From NCBI GenBank assembly GCA_015233335.1, contig JADFXX010000008.1:11798-75797 (forward strand): a DNA stretch of 64,000 nucleotides. The letters are read 5' to 3'. Shown here one piece after another: positions 26,569 to 35,726 of the stretch. A program made the position numbers and the translations under genes. The stretch comes from Candidatus Omnitrophota bacterium (GTDB lineage: Bacteria; Omnitrophota; Gorgyraeia; Zapsychrales; Fredricksoniimonadaceae). Numbering within the stretch: position 1 is the stretch's first letter; every line of letters begins with the position of its first letter. The notes under the pieces are model-generated. The model saw only the letters and a list, made by a program, of their open reading frames with translations, had not been told where the DNA came from and did not search any database.

Positions 26569-29500
26569 ATGCAAGTGTCATTGCGAGCTCTCGTACCAGT
26601 GTCATTGCGAGCGAAGCGAAGCAATCTTTTCCTTTGTCTTTTGATGCTTCTGTCTTCAACCGGCACCTTAAAAGCTGACACTGTCAGCTTTGAGGCGAGT
26701 GTCAATTCTTCCAGAATTTCTTTAAGCGAAGTCCTGCAGTTGAACTTGACCGTGACCGGACTTAAGGACAATATTGACCCCATCAGCCTTCCTGTTCTTG
26801 ACGGTTTTTCAGCCAAATATCTTGGACCTTCGACCCGGGTGTCGATCGTGAATGGTGATTATCACAGCGAACGGTCTTTTGTTTATGACCTGTTTCCCAA
26901 CAAAGTAGGCCATTTCCAAATTCCGCCTATCAGCGCCACCATTGCAGGGCAGACCTATGTGACCAAACCTATTGATATTGAGGTCGTCGCGGACTCCGCT
27001 GGGGCTCAGGCACCTGCACCCCAACAAGCCCAAGATCAAGCCCCCAGCATCCAGAGCCTAAAAGACAAGATTTTGATCCTAGTTTCTTTAGAGAAAGAAG
27101 AAGTTTATTTGAATGAGCGTGTGCCGTTGAGCGTCAAACTTCTTGTTAACGATGTGCCCATACGGGACATTCAATTCCCTCAATTTGACAAGCAAGGCTT
27201 TGCGGTTGATGATTTTCAAAAGCCTCAGCAATATTCGCAGGTGCTCAACGGGGTCAAATATGATGCAGTGGAATTTAAGTCATATATTTATCCTACCCAT
27301 TTAGGGGATGTTCCCATCGGGCCTTTTCAAATTGCCGGTAATGTTGTTTATAAAAACGGCAATAACAATCCTTTTAATCAGGACATGAATCCTTTCGGAG
27401 GCGGTCTTTTTAAAGATTTTTTTGATTCCTATGCCACCCGTCCTGTGACCGTGACTTCCCGGCCGTTACCTATGCATGTTAGGGCCTTGCCGCAGGAAGG
27501 CCGTCCGCGGGATTTTTCCGGGGCTGTCGGCCAGTTTGATTTTCAGGCGAGTGTTTCTCCGTTACAGGTCAAGGCCGGAGATCCGATAACCTTAAAGATG
27601 TCTCTCAAAGGCAACGGCAATTTTAAGAGTGTGACAATGCCTGTCTTTCAAGGCGCTGGCTTTAAAACGTATGAGCCTAAGATAAAGGACCAAGCAGATG
27701 AAAAAACAGCAGAGGAAGTGATCATTCCCACCTCAGCCCAAGTCACCCAAGTGCCTGCCTTGCATTTTTCTTATTTTGATACATCCCTTAAAGATTACAA
27801 AACGATCACTCAGGGTCCTTTTGCCATTCAAGTCATGCCTAACGCTCCTGATGAAGGGTTTAAAGCAGTTGGTTTTTCTGATGTCAGCCGGGAGCCGGCA
27901 ACCTTGCATATAGACCAGTTTTCTTTTGGGAAAATGTTCCATACGATCCGCAAGGGTTTAAGCAAGCTATGCAAATCAATAGGTTTTTGGCTGACACTAG
28001 GATTGATTATTGTAGGAGGAGGGTCTTATTTTTTGTGGCGGCGTTTTCAGGAACGCCTTGAAAATGATCCCGCGTTTGCCCGCAGGCTTAAGGCCTATAC
28101 GGAAGCTAAACAAACCTTACGTATGGCGCAGGGTTATATTTCGACCGGTAAGTCTAAGGATTTCTACACGCTTTTATCAAGGGCCATCCGCGAATATCTG
28201 GCCAATAAATGGCATCAATCGCCGGCAAGTTTAAGTATTGAGGAAATACTAAAACAGCTTAAATCCGCAGGGATTGATGAAACTCACATCGAAGGGGCAA
28301 AAAATATCCTAACCACAAGTGATCTGGTCTGTTTTGCGGGCGCAAACCGCGATGCCAGCCAGATGCAATCCGACCTTTCTTTGACCCAAAACCTGATCAA
28401 TCATTTGCATATCTCATTGCGAGCCCCGAAGGGGCGAAGCAATCTTTTATCTCTATTTTTCTCCATCAGTCTTCTTTTAACTGCCACCGCTTGGGCAGAT
28501 CTGCCTTGGGTCAAACAGCAGAGTTCAGCGTTTTCCGGTGAGGGGGTCTGGTTCGGTGCCGCGATGTCCGCTGACGGGAGTCGTTTGATACTGTTGGATG
28601 TGTATAATGGTTTGTATATCTCAACTAATGGAGGAGCCAGTTGGAGTCAGTATAATCCCAGTACATATCATTATACATATTGGCGTGCTGTTCCTGCTAT
28701 GTCTAGCGACGGTAGTCATGTGATGGCGGGGAGTTATCAATATCATGGAAGATTATATCTTTCGGTCAATGGTGGTGTGATTTGGAGTGAAACCCGGCCA
28801 GCAGGTGATAATGATCTAAATTGGAGTGTGACTGCCATGTCGGGTGACGCAAGTCATTTGCTGGCTGGAGTAGGTAGTTTGTCAGGACGTTTATATCTAT
28901 CGAGCGATGGGGGAGCTCACTGGGTTGAGATCCAGCCTGATGGGAATAACGATGAAAATTGGAATACGGCCGCCATCTCCAGTGATGGAAGTCATTTGAT
29001 CGTAGGTGAATATAACAATGGCACGACTAATCGGGGACGTTTGTTTTTTTCGAAAGATGGAGGTGCTACTTGGTCTGAAACTCAGCCGGCAGGTGCTACG
29101 GAACAATATTGGAAGTTTGTAACCACTTCCAGTGATGGCAGTCATTTTATGGCTGGAATTAATGGTGGGCAAATATATACCGGTGTTTTGTCCGGTGGGA
29201 TCATCTCATGGACCGGAGGTGTCAGTAGGGGTTGGTATGTTGGCGCCAGTTCCAGTGACGAGAGTTATTTGCTGGCGGGAGTATATGTTGGACGTCTGTA
29301 TTATTCAACCAATGGGACTGCCGGGACTCCGACTTGGACTGAAACTCGACCCGCAGGGGCTAATAATTATGTATGGAATGCAGGATCTATAAGTAGTGAC
29401 GGGACTCATATGATGGCAGGGATTCAGGGGGGCGAGGTGTTTATTTCGACAAATGGGGCAACGAGTTGGAGTGAAACTAAGCCTCAAATAGATCAAAATT

Positions 29501-30510
29501 GGGATACTGTTGCCAGCTCTCGTGACGGAAAATATTTGATGGCCGGGCATGACAGGCATTTGTATCATTCAGTCGACGGAGGATCAACTTGGAGCGAAAA
29601 TCAGCCAGCGGGAAATTTGAATAGATATTGGTATTTGACCGCCAGTTCCGGGGATGGGACAATTTTGTTAGCAGGAGTGGCAGGGGCACGATTATATCTT
29701 TCGACCAATGGCACTGTTTCAACTCCCACTTGGGCGACAACTAATCCCGTCACTTCAGGGGGTGTGAATAGATCTTGGTATACAGGCGCTATATCCCGCG
29801 ATGGCAGTCATGTGATTGTGGGAAGCTATAGCAACACCGGACGTTTATGGGTTGGGGTTGTAAACGCAGGGACGATCACATGGTCTGAGGCTGGTACAGC
29901 GGCAATTGGTCTTCACAGAGACTGGCAGACAACTGCCATTTCCAGTGACGGAACCTATGTGATGGCAGGGAATTATCTTGATAGTAACTATTACGCAGGA
30001 CGGCTATATGTTGGCGTTTTAAGCGGCGGGGTTTATAGTTGGAACGAGAAACAACCGGCAGGAAATTTGGATGTGGACTGGGTTGTGACAGCCATGTCCG
30101 CTGACGGGAGTCATATGATGGCCGCAACAATACCCGACAGTAATGGTGATCCGGGGGGCTTATATCTCTCGTATGATGGGGGCACGACTTGGTCAAGCCC
30201 CACTGATCTGTGGATAGTAAATAGTGATCAATATTGGCAGATAGGTTTTATGTCCAGTGACGGAAATTATATTGTTGTAGGAGATGATTCAAGTTTGTAT
30301 GAGTCGACAGACGCAGGTATCACATGGAGACCCCTCAATTTCCCGGCAGATGTTAGCTATAATGGTTATTCTCTTAATGCTGTTGCCGGTTCCAGCGACG
30401 CTAGCCATTTGATAGCGGCATCAAATGGTATTGGTTTATATGTCTCCGCCGTCGGCGGAAAAGCCTCCAATCTAACTCAAGTCCAAAATCTAACACAGGT
30501 GACGTTTTAG
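26569..30510 (+). CDS. batD: BatD-like aerotolerance protein (N-terminal ~610 aa) continuous with a BNR/Asp-box beta-propeller domain (C-terminal ~690 aa); possibly two genes
   Basis: BatD-like N-domain and TM helix (FWLTLGLIIVGGGSYFLWRRF). After the in-frame repeat at 28414 comes a second hydrophobic segment (LLSLFFSISLLLTATAWA), then more than 15 copies of S-x-D/N-G-G-x-x-W (STNGGASWSQ, SVDGGSTWSE, SYDGGTTWSS...) alternating with SSDGSHL/MAG. Confidence 0.7.
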   Translation: MQVSLRALVPVSLRAKRSNLFLCLLMLLSSTGTLKADTVSFEASVNSSRISLSEVLQLNLTVTGLKDNIDPISLPVLDGFSAKYLGPSTRVSIVNGDYHSERSFVYDLFPNKVGHFQIPPISATIAGQTYVTKPIDIEVVADSAGAQAPAPQQAQDQAPSIQSLKDKILILVSLEKEEVYLNERVPLSVKLLVNDVPIRDIQFPQFDKQGFAVDDFQKPQQYSQVLNGVKYDAVEFKSYIYPTHLGDVPIGPFQIAGNVVYKNGNNNPFNQDMNPFGGGLFKDFFDSYATRPVTVTSRPLPMHVRALPQEGRPRDFSGAVGQFDFQASVSPLQVKAGDPITLKMSLKGNGNFKSVTMPVFQGAGFKTYEPKIKDQADEKTAEEVIIPTSAQVTQVPALHFSYFDTSLKDYKTITQGPFAIQVMPNAPDEGFKAVGFSDVSREPATLHIDQFSFGKMFHTIRKGLSKLCKSIGFWLTLGLIIVGGGSYFLWRRFQERLENDPAFARRLKAYTEAKQTLRMAQGYISTGKSKDFYTLLSRAIREYLANKWHQSPASLSIEEILKQLKSAGIDETHIEGAKNILTTSDLVCFAGANRDASQMQSDLSLTQNLINHLHISLRAPKGRSNLLSLFFSISLLLTATAWADLPWVKQQSSAFSGEGVWFGAAMSADGSRLILLDVYNGLYISTNGGASWSQYNPSTYHYTYWRAVPAMSSDGSHVMAGSYQYHGRLYLSVNGGVIWSETRPAGDNDLNWSVTAMSGDASHLLAGVGSLSGRLYLSSDGGAHWVEIQPDGNNDENWNTAAISSDGSHLIVGEYNNGTTNRGRLFFSKDGGATWSETQPAGATEQYWKFVTTSSDGSHFMAGINGGQIYTGVLSGGIISWTGGVSRGWYVGASSSDESYLLAGVYVGRLYYSTNGTAGTPTWTETRPAGANNYVWNAGSISSDGTHMMAGIQGGEVFISTNGATSWSETKPQIDQNWDTVASSRDGKYLMAGHDRHLYHSVDGGSTWSENQPAGNLNRYWYLTASSGDGTILLAGVAGARLYLSTNGTVSTPTWATTNPVTSGGVNRSWYTGAISRDGSHVIVGSYSNTGRLWVGVVNAGTITWSEAGTAAIGLHRDWQTTAISSDGTYVMAGNYLDSNYYAGRLYVGVLSGGVYSWNEKQPAGNLDVDWVVTAMSADGSHMMAATIPDSNGDPGGLYLSYDGGTTWSSPTDLWIVNSDQYWQIGFMSSDGNYIVVGDDSSLYESTDAGITWRPLNFPADVSYNGYSLNAVAGSSDASHLIAASNGIGLYVSAVGGKASNLTQVQNLTQVTF
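26574..26630. repeat. Palindromic repeat family A copy (double unit) at the 5' end of the batD-like gene
   Basis: gtgtcattgcgagctctcgtaccagtgtcattgcgagcgaagcgaagcaatctttt. It encodes the N-terminal VSLRALVPVSLRAKRSNLF of the ORF. Confidence 0.85.
28414..28448 (+). repeat. Palindromic repeat family A copy inserted in-frame inside the batD/BNR ORF
   Basis: ctcattgcgagccccgaaggggcgaagcaatctttta differs by two substitutions (C/G at the first base, C/T at base 12) from the copy inside lpxB. It encodes SLRAPKGRSNLLS. Confidence 0.8.
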
Positions 30511-30655
30511 GTTGTCATATCGTCATTCGCGATGAATTTTAAGATGTCTTAAGGTCCTTCGCTTTGCTCAGGACGACGAAAATAAAGGTGACGGGCGTAT
30601 TTATTATTAAGACGTCTTAAGGTCCTTCGCTTTGCTCAGGACGACGGGTACAGGA
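30511..30655. repeat. Repeat family B: two tandem copies of AAGA(T/C)GTCTTAAGGTCCTTCGCTTTGCTCAGGACGAC plus a CGTCATTCGCGATGA half-site
   Basis: Direct repeat at about 30541-30587 and 30609-30655, in the convergent intergenic region between the batD/BNR ORF and lpxB. Confidence 0.8.
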
Positions 30656-30662
30656 TTACGGA

Positions 30663-31844
30663 TTAATATGCCAATTCGTTGAGGACTATATGTGCCGCGC
30701 GTAGGCTGGCTCCGGGCTCGCCTAAGGATGTTTTAACTGCGGCTAATTCATTAACGATTTGTTTATTATTTAAAGCATTTTCTACAGCACGGGCGATTGT
30801 CTCGGGCTTGGCATCATTTTGGATCAGTTCTTCCGCCACTTTTTTTCCGGCTACAATATTGACCAAACCAATATAAGGAATTTTGATCACAGCTTTTGCT
30901 ATTGCATAGGTCAGCCAAGAGGTCTTATAAATGATGACCATGGGTTTAAGGAGCAATGCGGTTTCTAAAGTGGCGGTGCCTGAGGCCACCATGGCGGCAT
31001 CCATGGCATTGATACCGTCATAAGTTGTTCCGTCGTAGATTTTTATAGGAAGGTCTTTTAATGCAGTGTCATTGCGAGTCCCGAAGGGGCGAAGCAATCT
31101 TTTAAGTGACCGTCCCATTAGCACAGATTCAATAAATTTTAACGGGATGGTCGATGCTTTAAGCAAAACGAACTGGCGGTCATGGTCTTGTTCGAAAAGC
31201 TTTTGGGCCGCTTCCAGCATACAGGGCAGATGGCGTTCGACTTCTTTAGCGCGCGAACCGGGCATAAGTCCTATGGTCGTTTTACCCTCGGATAAGCCAA
31301 TGTTTCTTAAAACCTCTGACGGTGTTTTGCTGACTACGATTTCATCAACTAATGGATGTCCGACATAATCGACCTTCATGCCGTATTTGGTGTAAGTTTC
31401 CTGTTCAAAAGGGAATAACACGATCATGCGGTTAACCAATTCTTTGATCTTTTTGACCCGTGCCTCTTTCCAAGCCCATACCTGCGGGGATATATAGTAG
31501 ATGATCTTGATGCCGCGTTTTTTTATTTCACGGGCCAAGCGCAAATTAAAACCCGGATAATCGACGAGGATGACGGCGTCAGGGTGGGTGGTATCGATTT
31601 GGACTAACGCCTGATCAAAAACTTTTTTGATGCGGCCTAAATTTTTAAGCACTTCGACAAAGCCGATAACTGCAAGTTCGGTGATATCCGTAAAACATTC
31701 AACTCCGGCTTGGCGCATATGCGCACCGCCGATCCCGCTTAAACGCAGGGATGGCTGAAGCTGTTTTAAAGCGCGAGCCAGACCGGCCGCGCGCATATCA
31801 CCGGACGCTTCACCAGCTATGACCATTAAATGATAATTTTTCAT
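30663..31844 (-). CDS. lpxB: Lipid-A-disaccharide synthase
   Basis: N-terminus MKNYHLMVIAGEASGD, YYISPQVWAW, and conserved VASGTATLE. AAGGGTG ribosome-binding site upstream of the ATG at 31844. The table ORF extends to 31874. Confidence 0.92.
   Translation of the reverse strand: MKNYHLMVIAGEASGDMRAAGLARALKQLQPSLRLSGIGGAHMRQAGVECFTDITELAVIGFVEVLKNLGRIKKVFDQALVQIDTTHPDAVILVDYPGFNLRLAREIKKRGIKIIYYISPQVWAWKEARVKKIKELVNRMIVLFPFEQETYTKYGMKVDYVGHPLVDEIVVSKTPSEVLRNIGLSEGKTTIGLMPGSRAKEVERHLPCMLEAAQKLFEQDHDRQFVLLKASTIPLKFIESVLMGRSLKRLLRPFGTRNDTALKDLPIKIYDGTTYDGINAMDAAMVASGTATLETALLLKPMVIIYKTSWLTYAIAKAVIKIPYIGLVNIVAGKKVAEELIQNDAKPETIARAVENALNNKQIVNELAAVKTSLGEPGASLRAAHIVLNELAY
31066..31103 (-). repeat. 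Palindromic repeat family A copy inserted in-frame within lpxB coding sequence
   Basis: gtcattgcgagtcccgaaggggcgaagcaatctttta. On the lpxB strand it encodes KRLLRPFGTRNDT immediately N-terminal to the conserved KIYDGTTYD...VASGTATLE block. Confidence 0.8.
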
Positions 31845-31887
31845 AAATGAGACACCCTTACGGATTCGAAGCAATAGGGGATATCAA

Positions 31888-32859
31888 TCATGATATGCTT
31901 TGTCGGTGTTCCCATATTTTTTGGTTGATATCCAAAGCCACCTTGAGGGCTTCCCGGCCTTCGACTCCGGAGACTTTGGGCTTAAGGTTGTCACGAACAC
32001 AGTCGAGAAAGTGTTCAAGTTCTTTTTTGAGGGGTTCTTCTTTTTCAATGGGGATGCCGCGTTTGTGGATGCCGCGTTCATCCTTGGTGAACATATTGGC
32101 TTCCTGCTTGGCATAGTCGAGCGAGATGTAGGCGTTTTTGGTGAACATCCGTATTTTTCGGGTGACTTCCGGTGAGATCCTGCTGGCGGTCACATTACAC
32201 ACACAGCCGTTGGCAAAGGTCAAGCGCGCATTGGCAATATCTTCCTTGTCTGTCAAAACATTGATCCCCACCGCCTGAATGTCTTTTAAAGGGGATTTCA
32301 CTAATCCCAGAATAATATCGATATCATGGATCATCAAGTCCATGACAACCCCGATATCGAGCGAACGGTTGGGGAACATATTCAAGCGGTGGCATTCGAT
32401 AAATAAGGGGTTTTGGGCAATGGGTTCGATCGTCGTAAAGGCGCTGTTAAAGCGTTCCACATGTCCGACTTGTAGTTTGAGATTATTTTGTGCGGCCAAA
32501 GCGATCAGCTGATCTGCTTCCTTTAAACTATAGGTGATAGGTTTTTCCACGAAGGTGTGCACGCCTTTCTTAAGGAAGAAGGAGGCGATCTCGGCATGGG
32601 TCACGGTCGGGGTGCAGACGCTTACAGCTTCGATATTTCCGGAAAGTTCCTGATAATCACCGACAACAGGCAAATGGTATTGACGGCCTAAGGATTTGGC
32701 ATGCTCAAGGTTTTGGTCACAAATGGCTGTGATATTGGCTTTGTTTTTTAGGGCATGCAGGCACTTTAAATGGCGCTGGCCTAAGAAACCGCAACCGATA
32801 AGCGCGATGTTGATCTTTTTCATAACATCAACAATAACAAAGCCCTCGACAAAAGTCAA
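31888..32859 (-). CDS. Gfo/Idh/MocA family NAD-dependent oxidoreductase; candidate GnnA (UDP-GlcNAc 3-dehydrogenase)
   Basis: Rossmann N-terminus KINIALIGCGFLGQRH and the EKP motif (VEKPIT). It lies directly adjacent to lpxB. Confidence 0.8.
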   Translation of the reverse strand: MTFVEGFVIVDVMKKINIALIGCGFLGQRHLKCLHALKNKANITAICDQNLEHAKSLGRQYHLPVVGDYQELSGNIEAVSVCTPTVTHAEIASFFLKKGVHTFVEKPITYSLKEADQLIALAAQNNLKLQVGHVERFNSAFTTIEPIAQNPLFIECHRLNMFPNRSLDIGVVMDLMIHDIDIILGLVKSPLKDIQAVGINVLTDKEDIANARLTFANGCVCNVTASRISPEVTRKIRMFTKNAYISLDYAKQEANMFTKDERGIHKRGIPIEKEEPLKKELEHFLDCVRDNLKPKVSGVEGREALKVALDINQKIWEHRQSIS

Positions 32860-32905
32860 ACACCATGCTAAATTACGTTTTCTTTAAATTAGGGGTAACA
32901 GAGAG

Positions 32906-34711
32906 ATGAAAAACTATTTTAAAATGCTGCGCTTTCTCAAAGGCCATGAGGGGCGTTTTGGGCTTGCCATTATTTTTATCATACTCTCCTCGATGTTTGA
33001 AGGCGTCCAGCTGTCTTTCATATTGCCGGTGGTTGACCGTATTTTTGAAAATAAACCGATCGTCATCCCTAATAAAATCCCTTTATTTCTTGCCCATTTT
33101 ATAGACCGTCTTAACAGCATGGATGTTCAAACCCTGTTTTGGATGACTCCGCTGTGCTTTATACTGCTTTTTACCATCAAACAAGTGGTCTCGTTTTTTT
33201 CGGAATATTTAATGAATGATATCGCGCAGGGTGTCATGCGCGATGTGCGCTCCAAGCTTTTTGAGCGCATACAGACCTTGTCTTTGGATTATTTTTCACG
33301 CAAGCGCACCGGCGAGTTGGTGTCCCGTATTACCAATGATGTGGGCACCATCGAAAACGCGATTTCCTACGCGATCACGGATTTGTTCAAACAGCCTTTT
33401 TTAATTTTAGTTTTTTTAGTGATTTCCTTCCTGATGAATACCAAGGGTACCCTCATCGTATTTTTGATGTTTCCTTTGATCGGCTGGCCCATGATGCTGA
33501 TCAACAAGAAACTGCGTAAAATCGCGAAAAATACGCAGGAAAAGATGGCGGACATCAATTCGCTGTTGATGGAGACAATATCAGGTGTGCGCATACTTAA
33601 GGCTTTTGGGACGGAAAAATATGAAATCAAGCGATTCTGGCAGCAAAACTATGATTACTACAAATTGCGCATGAAATCCATCCGTAACATGGTCTTAATG
33701 GGGCCTATTACCGAGATGGTGGGGGCCTTTTGCGGGATGGCGATCCTTTTGATTCTGGGCAAAGATGTTTTAAAGGGCCATTTGTCTTTTGGTGTTTTTC
33801 TGCTTTCCATGATCTCTATCACATCGGTCCTGCGTCCGATCAAACGGATGGCTAATGTTGTAACCATTATTCAGCAGGCCTTGGTTGCCAATAAACGTAT
33901 TTATGAGGTTTTAGAGACCAAGCCTACGGTTGTCGAGAAAACGGACGCTGTTGAGCTGGAAACCTTTAAAGAAAAAATAGAGATCAAGGATGTTTCATTC
34001 CATTATGATGCCGCCTCAGGGGATGTTTTGCAGGGCATTAATTTGTCGATCAACAAAGGGGAATTGGTTGCCATTGTGGGGCCTACGGGATCGGGTAAAT
34101 CGACCTTGGTTAATTTGATTCCCCGTTTTTATGATGTAGCCCAAGGGCATATTTTATTTGACGGGGTGGATGTCAGGGATGTTCTTTTTAAATCTTTGCG
34201 CGGTCAGGTTGGTATCGTGACCCAAGAGGCAATTCTATTTAACGATTCTGTCAAAAATAATATTGCCTACGGGACTTTTGATGTGACCATGGAGCAGATC
34301 GAGGATGTGGCCAGAATGGCCTTTGCCCATAATTTCATTGAGAAAATGCCGAAAGGCTATGAAACGTTCGTCGGGGACCGTGGATTCAGGCTTTCAGGCG
34401 GAGAAAAGCAGCGTTTGACGATCGCACGGGCCATTTTAAAGAACCCGCCGATTTTGATATTGGATGAGGCCACCTCACAGCTTGATTCCGAGTCAGAAAA
34501 ATTCGTGCAGGAAGCTTTGGACAAACTGATGCAGGGGCGTACCGTTATTGCCATTGCCCATCGTTTGTCAACCATCATGAAGGCGGATAAAATTGTAGTT
34601 TTGGAAGCCGGTAAAATTGTCGGAATAGGCAAACACGATGATCTGCTTTTTACCACACCCCTTTATCGCAGACTTTATGAAAATCAGTTCAGGCCTAGCA
34701 GTCCTGTATAA
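32906..34711 (+). CDS. msbA: ABC transporter ATP-binding/permease, lipid A exporter MsbA-like
   Basis: Six-TM domain plus NBD with Walker A GPTGSGKST, signature LSGGEKQR and Walker B ILILDEATS. Located in the lipid A neighbourhood. Confidence 0.85.
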   Translation: MKNYFKMLRFLKGHEGRFGLAIIFIILSSMFEGVQLSFILPVVDRIFENKPIVIPNKIPLFLAHFIDRLNSMDVQTLFWMTPLCFILLFTIKQVVSFFSEYLMNDIAQGVMRDVRSKLFERIQTLSLDYFSRKRTGELVSRITNDVGTIENAISYAITDLFKQPFLILVFLVISFLMNTKGTLIVFLMFPLIGWPMMLINKKLRKIAKNTQEKMADINSLLMETISGVRILKAFGTEKYEIKRFWQQNYDYYKLRMKSIRNMVLMGPITEMVGAFCGMAILLILGKDVLKGHLSFGVFLLSMISITSVLRPIKRMANVVTIIQQALVANKRIYEVLETKPTVVEKTDAVELETFKEKIEIKDVSFHYDAASGDVLQGINLSINKGELVAIVGPTGSGKSTLVNLIPRFYDVAQGHILFDGVDVRDVLFKSLRGQVGIVTQEAILFNDSVKNNIAYGTFDVTMEQIEDVARMAFAHNFIEKMPKGYETFVGDRGFRLSGGEKQRLTIARAILKNPPILILDEATSQLDSESEKFVQEALDKLMQGRTVIAIAHRLSTIMKADKIVVLEAGKIVGIGKHDDLLFTTPLYRRLYENQFRPSSPV

Positions 34712-34902
34712 AATCATCCCAAAATTTAAAATTTTATTGCAAATATCAGAGTCTTTGTTATAGTAAATGTTCAATTTAACCCAAATGGCCGCCTTTGAGG
34801 GCATGAGGCTTAAATCAAAGGCAGGTTAAAACTAAAAGTCTCGCTTTGACCTGGGGTTTGGACCATCTGCCAGCGAGATACAGAAGAGAGGAAGTAAAAT
34901 TT

Positions 34903-35640
34903 ATGGCAACAGAATTGATCAAGCAGTTACTGGAAGCAGGTGTTCACTTCGGTCATCAAAGCCGCCGCTGGAATCCCAAAATGAAAAGATTTATTTTTGG
35001 GGAACGCGGCGGCATTTATATTATTGACCTTGAAAAAACTGTGGAGAGGCTTAGTGCCGCGCGCGATGCCATCCGTGATATCGCGGCCCGCGGAGGCAAG
35101 ATCCTTTTTGTGGGCACTAAAAAACAGGCCCAGCAGGTCATCGAAGAAGAAGCCATCCGCTGCGGCATGTTTTATGTCAAAAACCGCTGGATGGGCGGGC
35201 TATTGACTAATCTTGAAACCGTCAAAAAATCAGTCCGAAAATTAATCGATATTGAAAAGATGGAAACTAACGGCACGGTAGGGCGTCTGACTAAGAAAGA
35301 AGCTTCACTGTTGATGAAAGAAAAAGACCGTTTGATCCGTGATCTGGGTGGTATTCGCGATATGGCCGTTCCTCCTCAGGCAATTTTTATTGTGGATACC
35401 AAGAAAGAAGAGATTGCCGTAGCAGAAGCCAATCGTCTGGGAATTCCGGTCATAGGCTTGATCGATACGAATTCAGATCCGGAGTTGATCCAATATCCTA
35501 TTCCGGGCAATGATGACGCCGTCAAGGCTATTAAATTTATTACCGGCCTTATTGTTGACAGCATCATTGAGGGCCGTCAGGAATTTTTGGCGGGAAAGAA
35601 AGTACAAAAAGAAGCTCAAGTGCAGGAAGTAGCGGCTTAA
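34903..35640 (+). CDS. rpsB: 30S ribosomal protein S2
   Basis: MATELIKQLLEAGVHFGHQSRRWNPKM. AGAGGAAG ribosome-binding site. The table ORF starts at an upstream TTG at 34846. Confidence 0.95.
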   Translation: MATELIKQLLEAGVHFGHQSRRWNPKMKRFIFGERGGIYIIDLEKTVERLSAARDAIRDIAARGGKILFVGTKKQAQQVIEEEAIRCGMFYVKNRWMGGLLTNLETVKKSVRKLIDIEKMETNGTVGRLTKKEASLLMKEKDRLIRDLGGIRDMAVPPQAIFIVDTKKEEIAVAEANRLGIPVIGLIDTNSDPELIQYPIPGNDDAVKAIKFITGLIVDSIIEGRQEFLAGKKVQKEAQVQEVAA

Positions 35641-35695
35641 TTGACATTGAACGAAACGTTCAATGTCATCCTGAGGCAACGGCCGAGGGAACTTA
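35641..35695. repeat. Repeat family B variant with perfect 11-bp hairpin (GACATTGAACG-aaa-CGTTCAATGTC) followed by ATCCTGAGGC
   Basis: In the rpsB-tsf intergenic region. No T-run, so it is not a classical terminator. Confidence 0.6.
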
Positions 35696-35726
35696 ATTTA
35701 GAATTATAGAATTGGAGAAATAAGAA

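Noticed and set aside
26438-26816. Minus-strand ORFs encoding ...KRLLRFARNDTGTRARNDT...
   Set aside because: These are translations of the reverse strand of repeat-A copies. They overlap the start of batD and the end of batC and are not genes.
31066-31368. 100-aa + strand ORF beginning MSLRVPKGRSNLLS inside lpxB
   Set aside because: It starts within the palindromic repeat and runs antisense through the well-conserved lpxB coding sequence. It is a spurious ORF generated by the repeat.
35641-35667. Rho-independent terminator between rpsB and tsf
   Set aside because: It is a perfect 11-bp hairpin but has no downstream U-tract, and it continues into the family-B repeat consensus (ATCCTGAGGC). 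It is better explained as a repeat copy, possibly with attenuator function.
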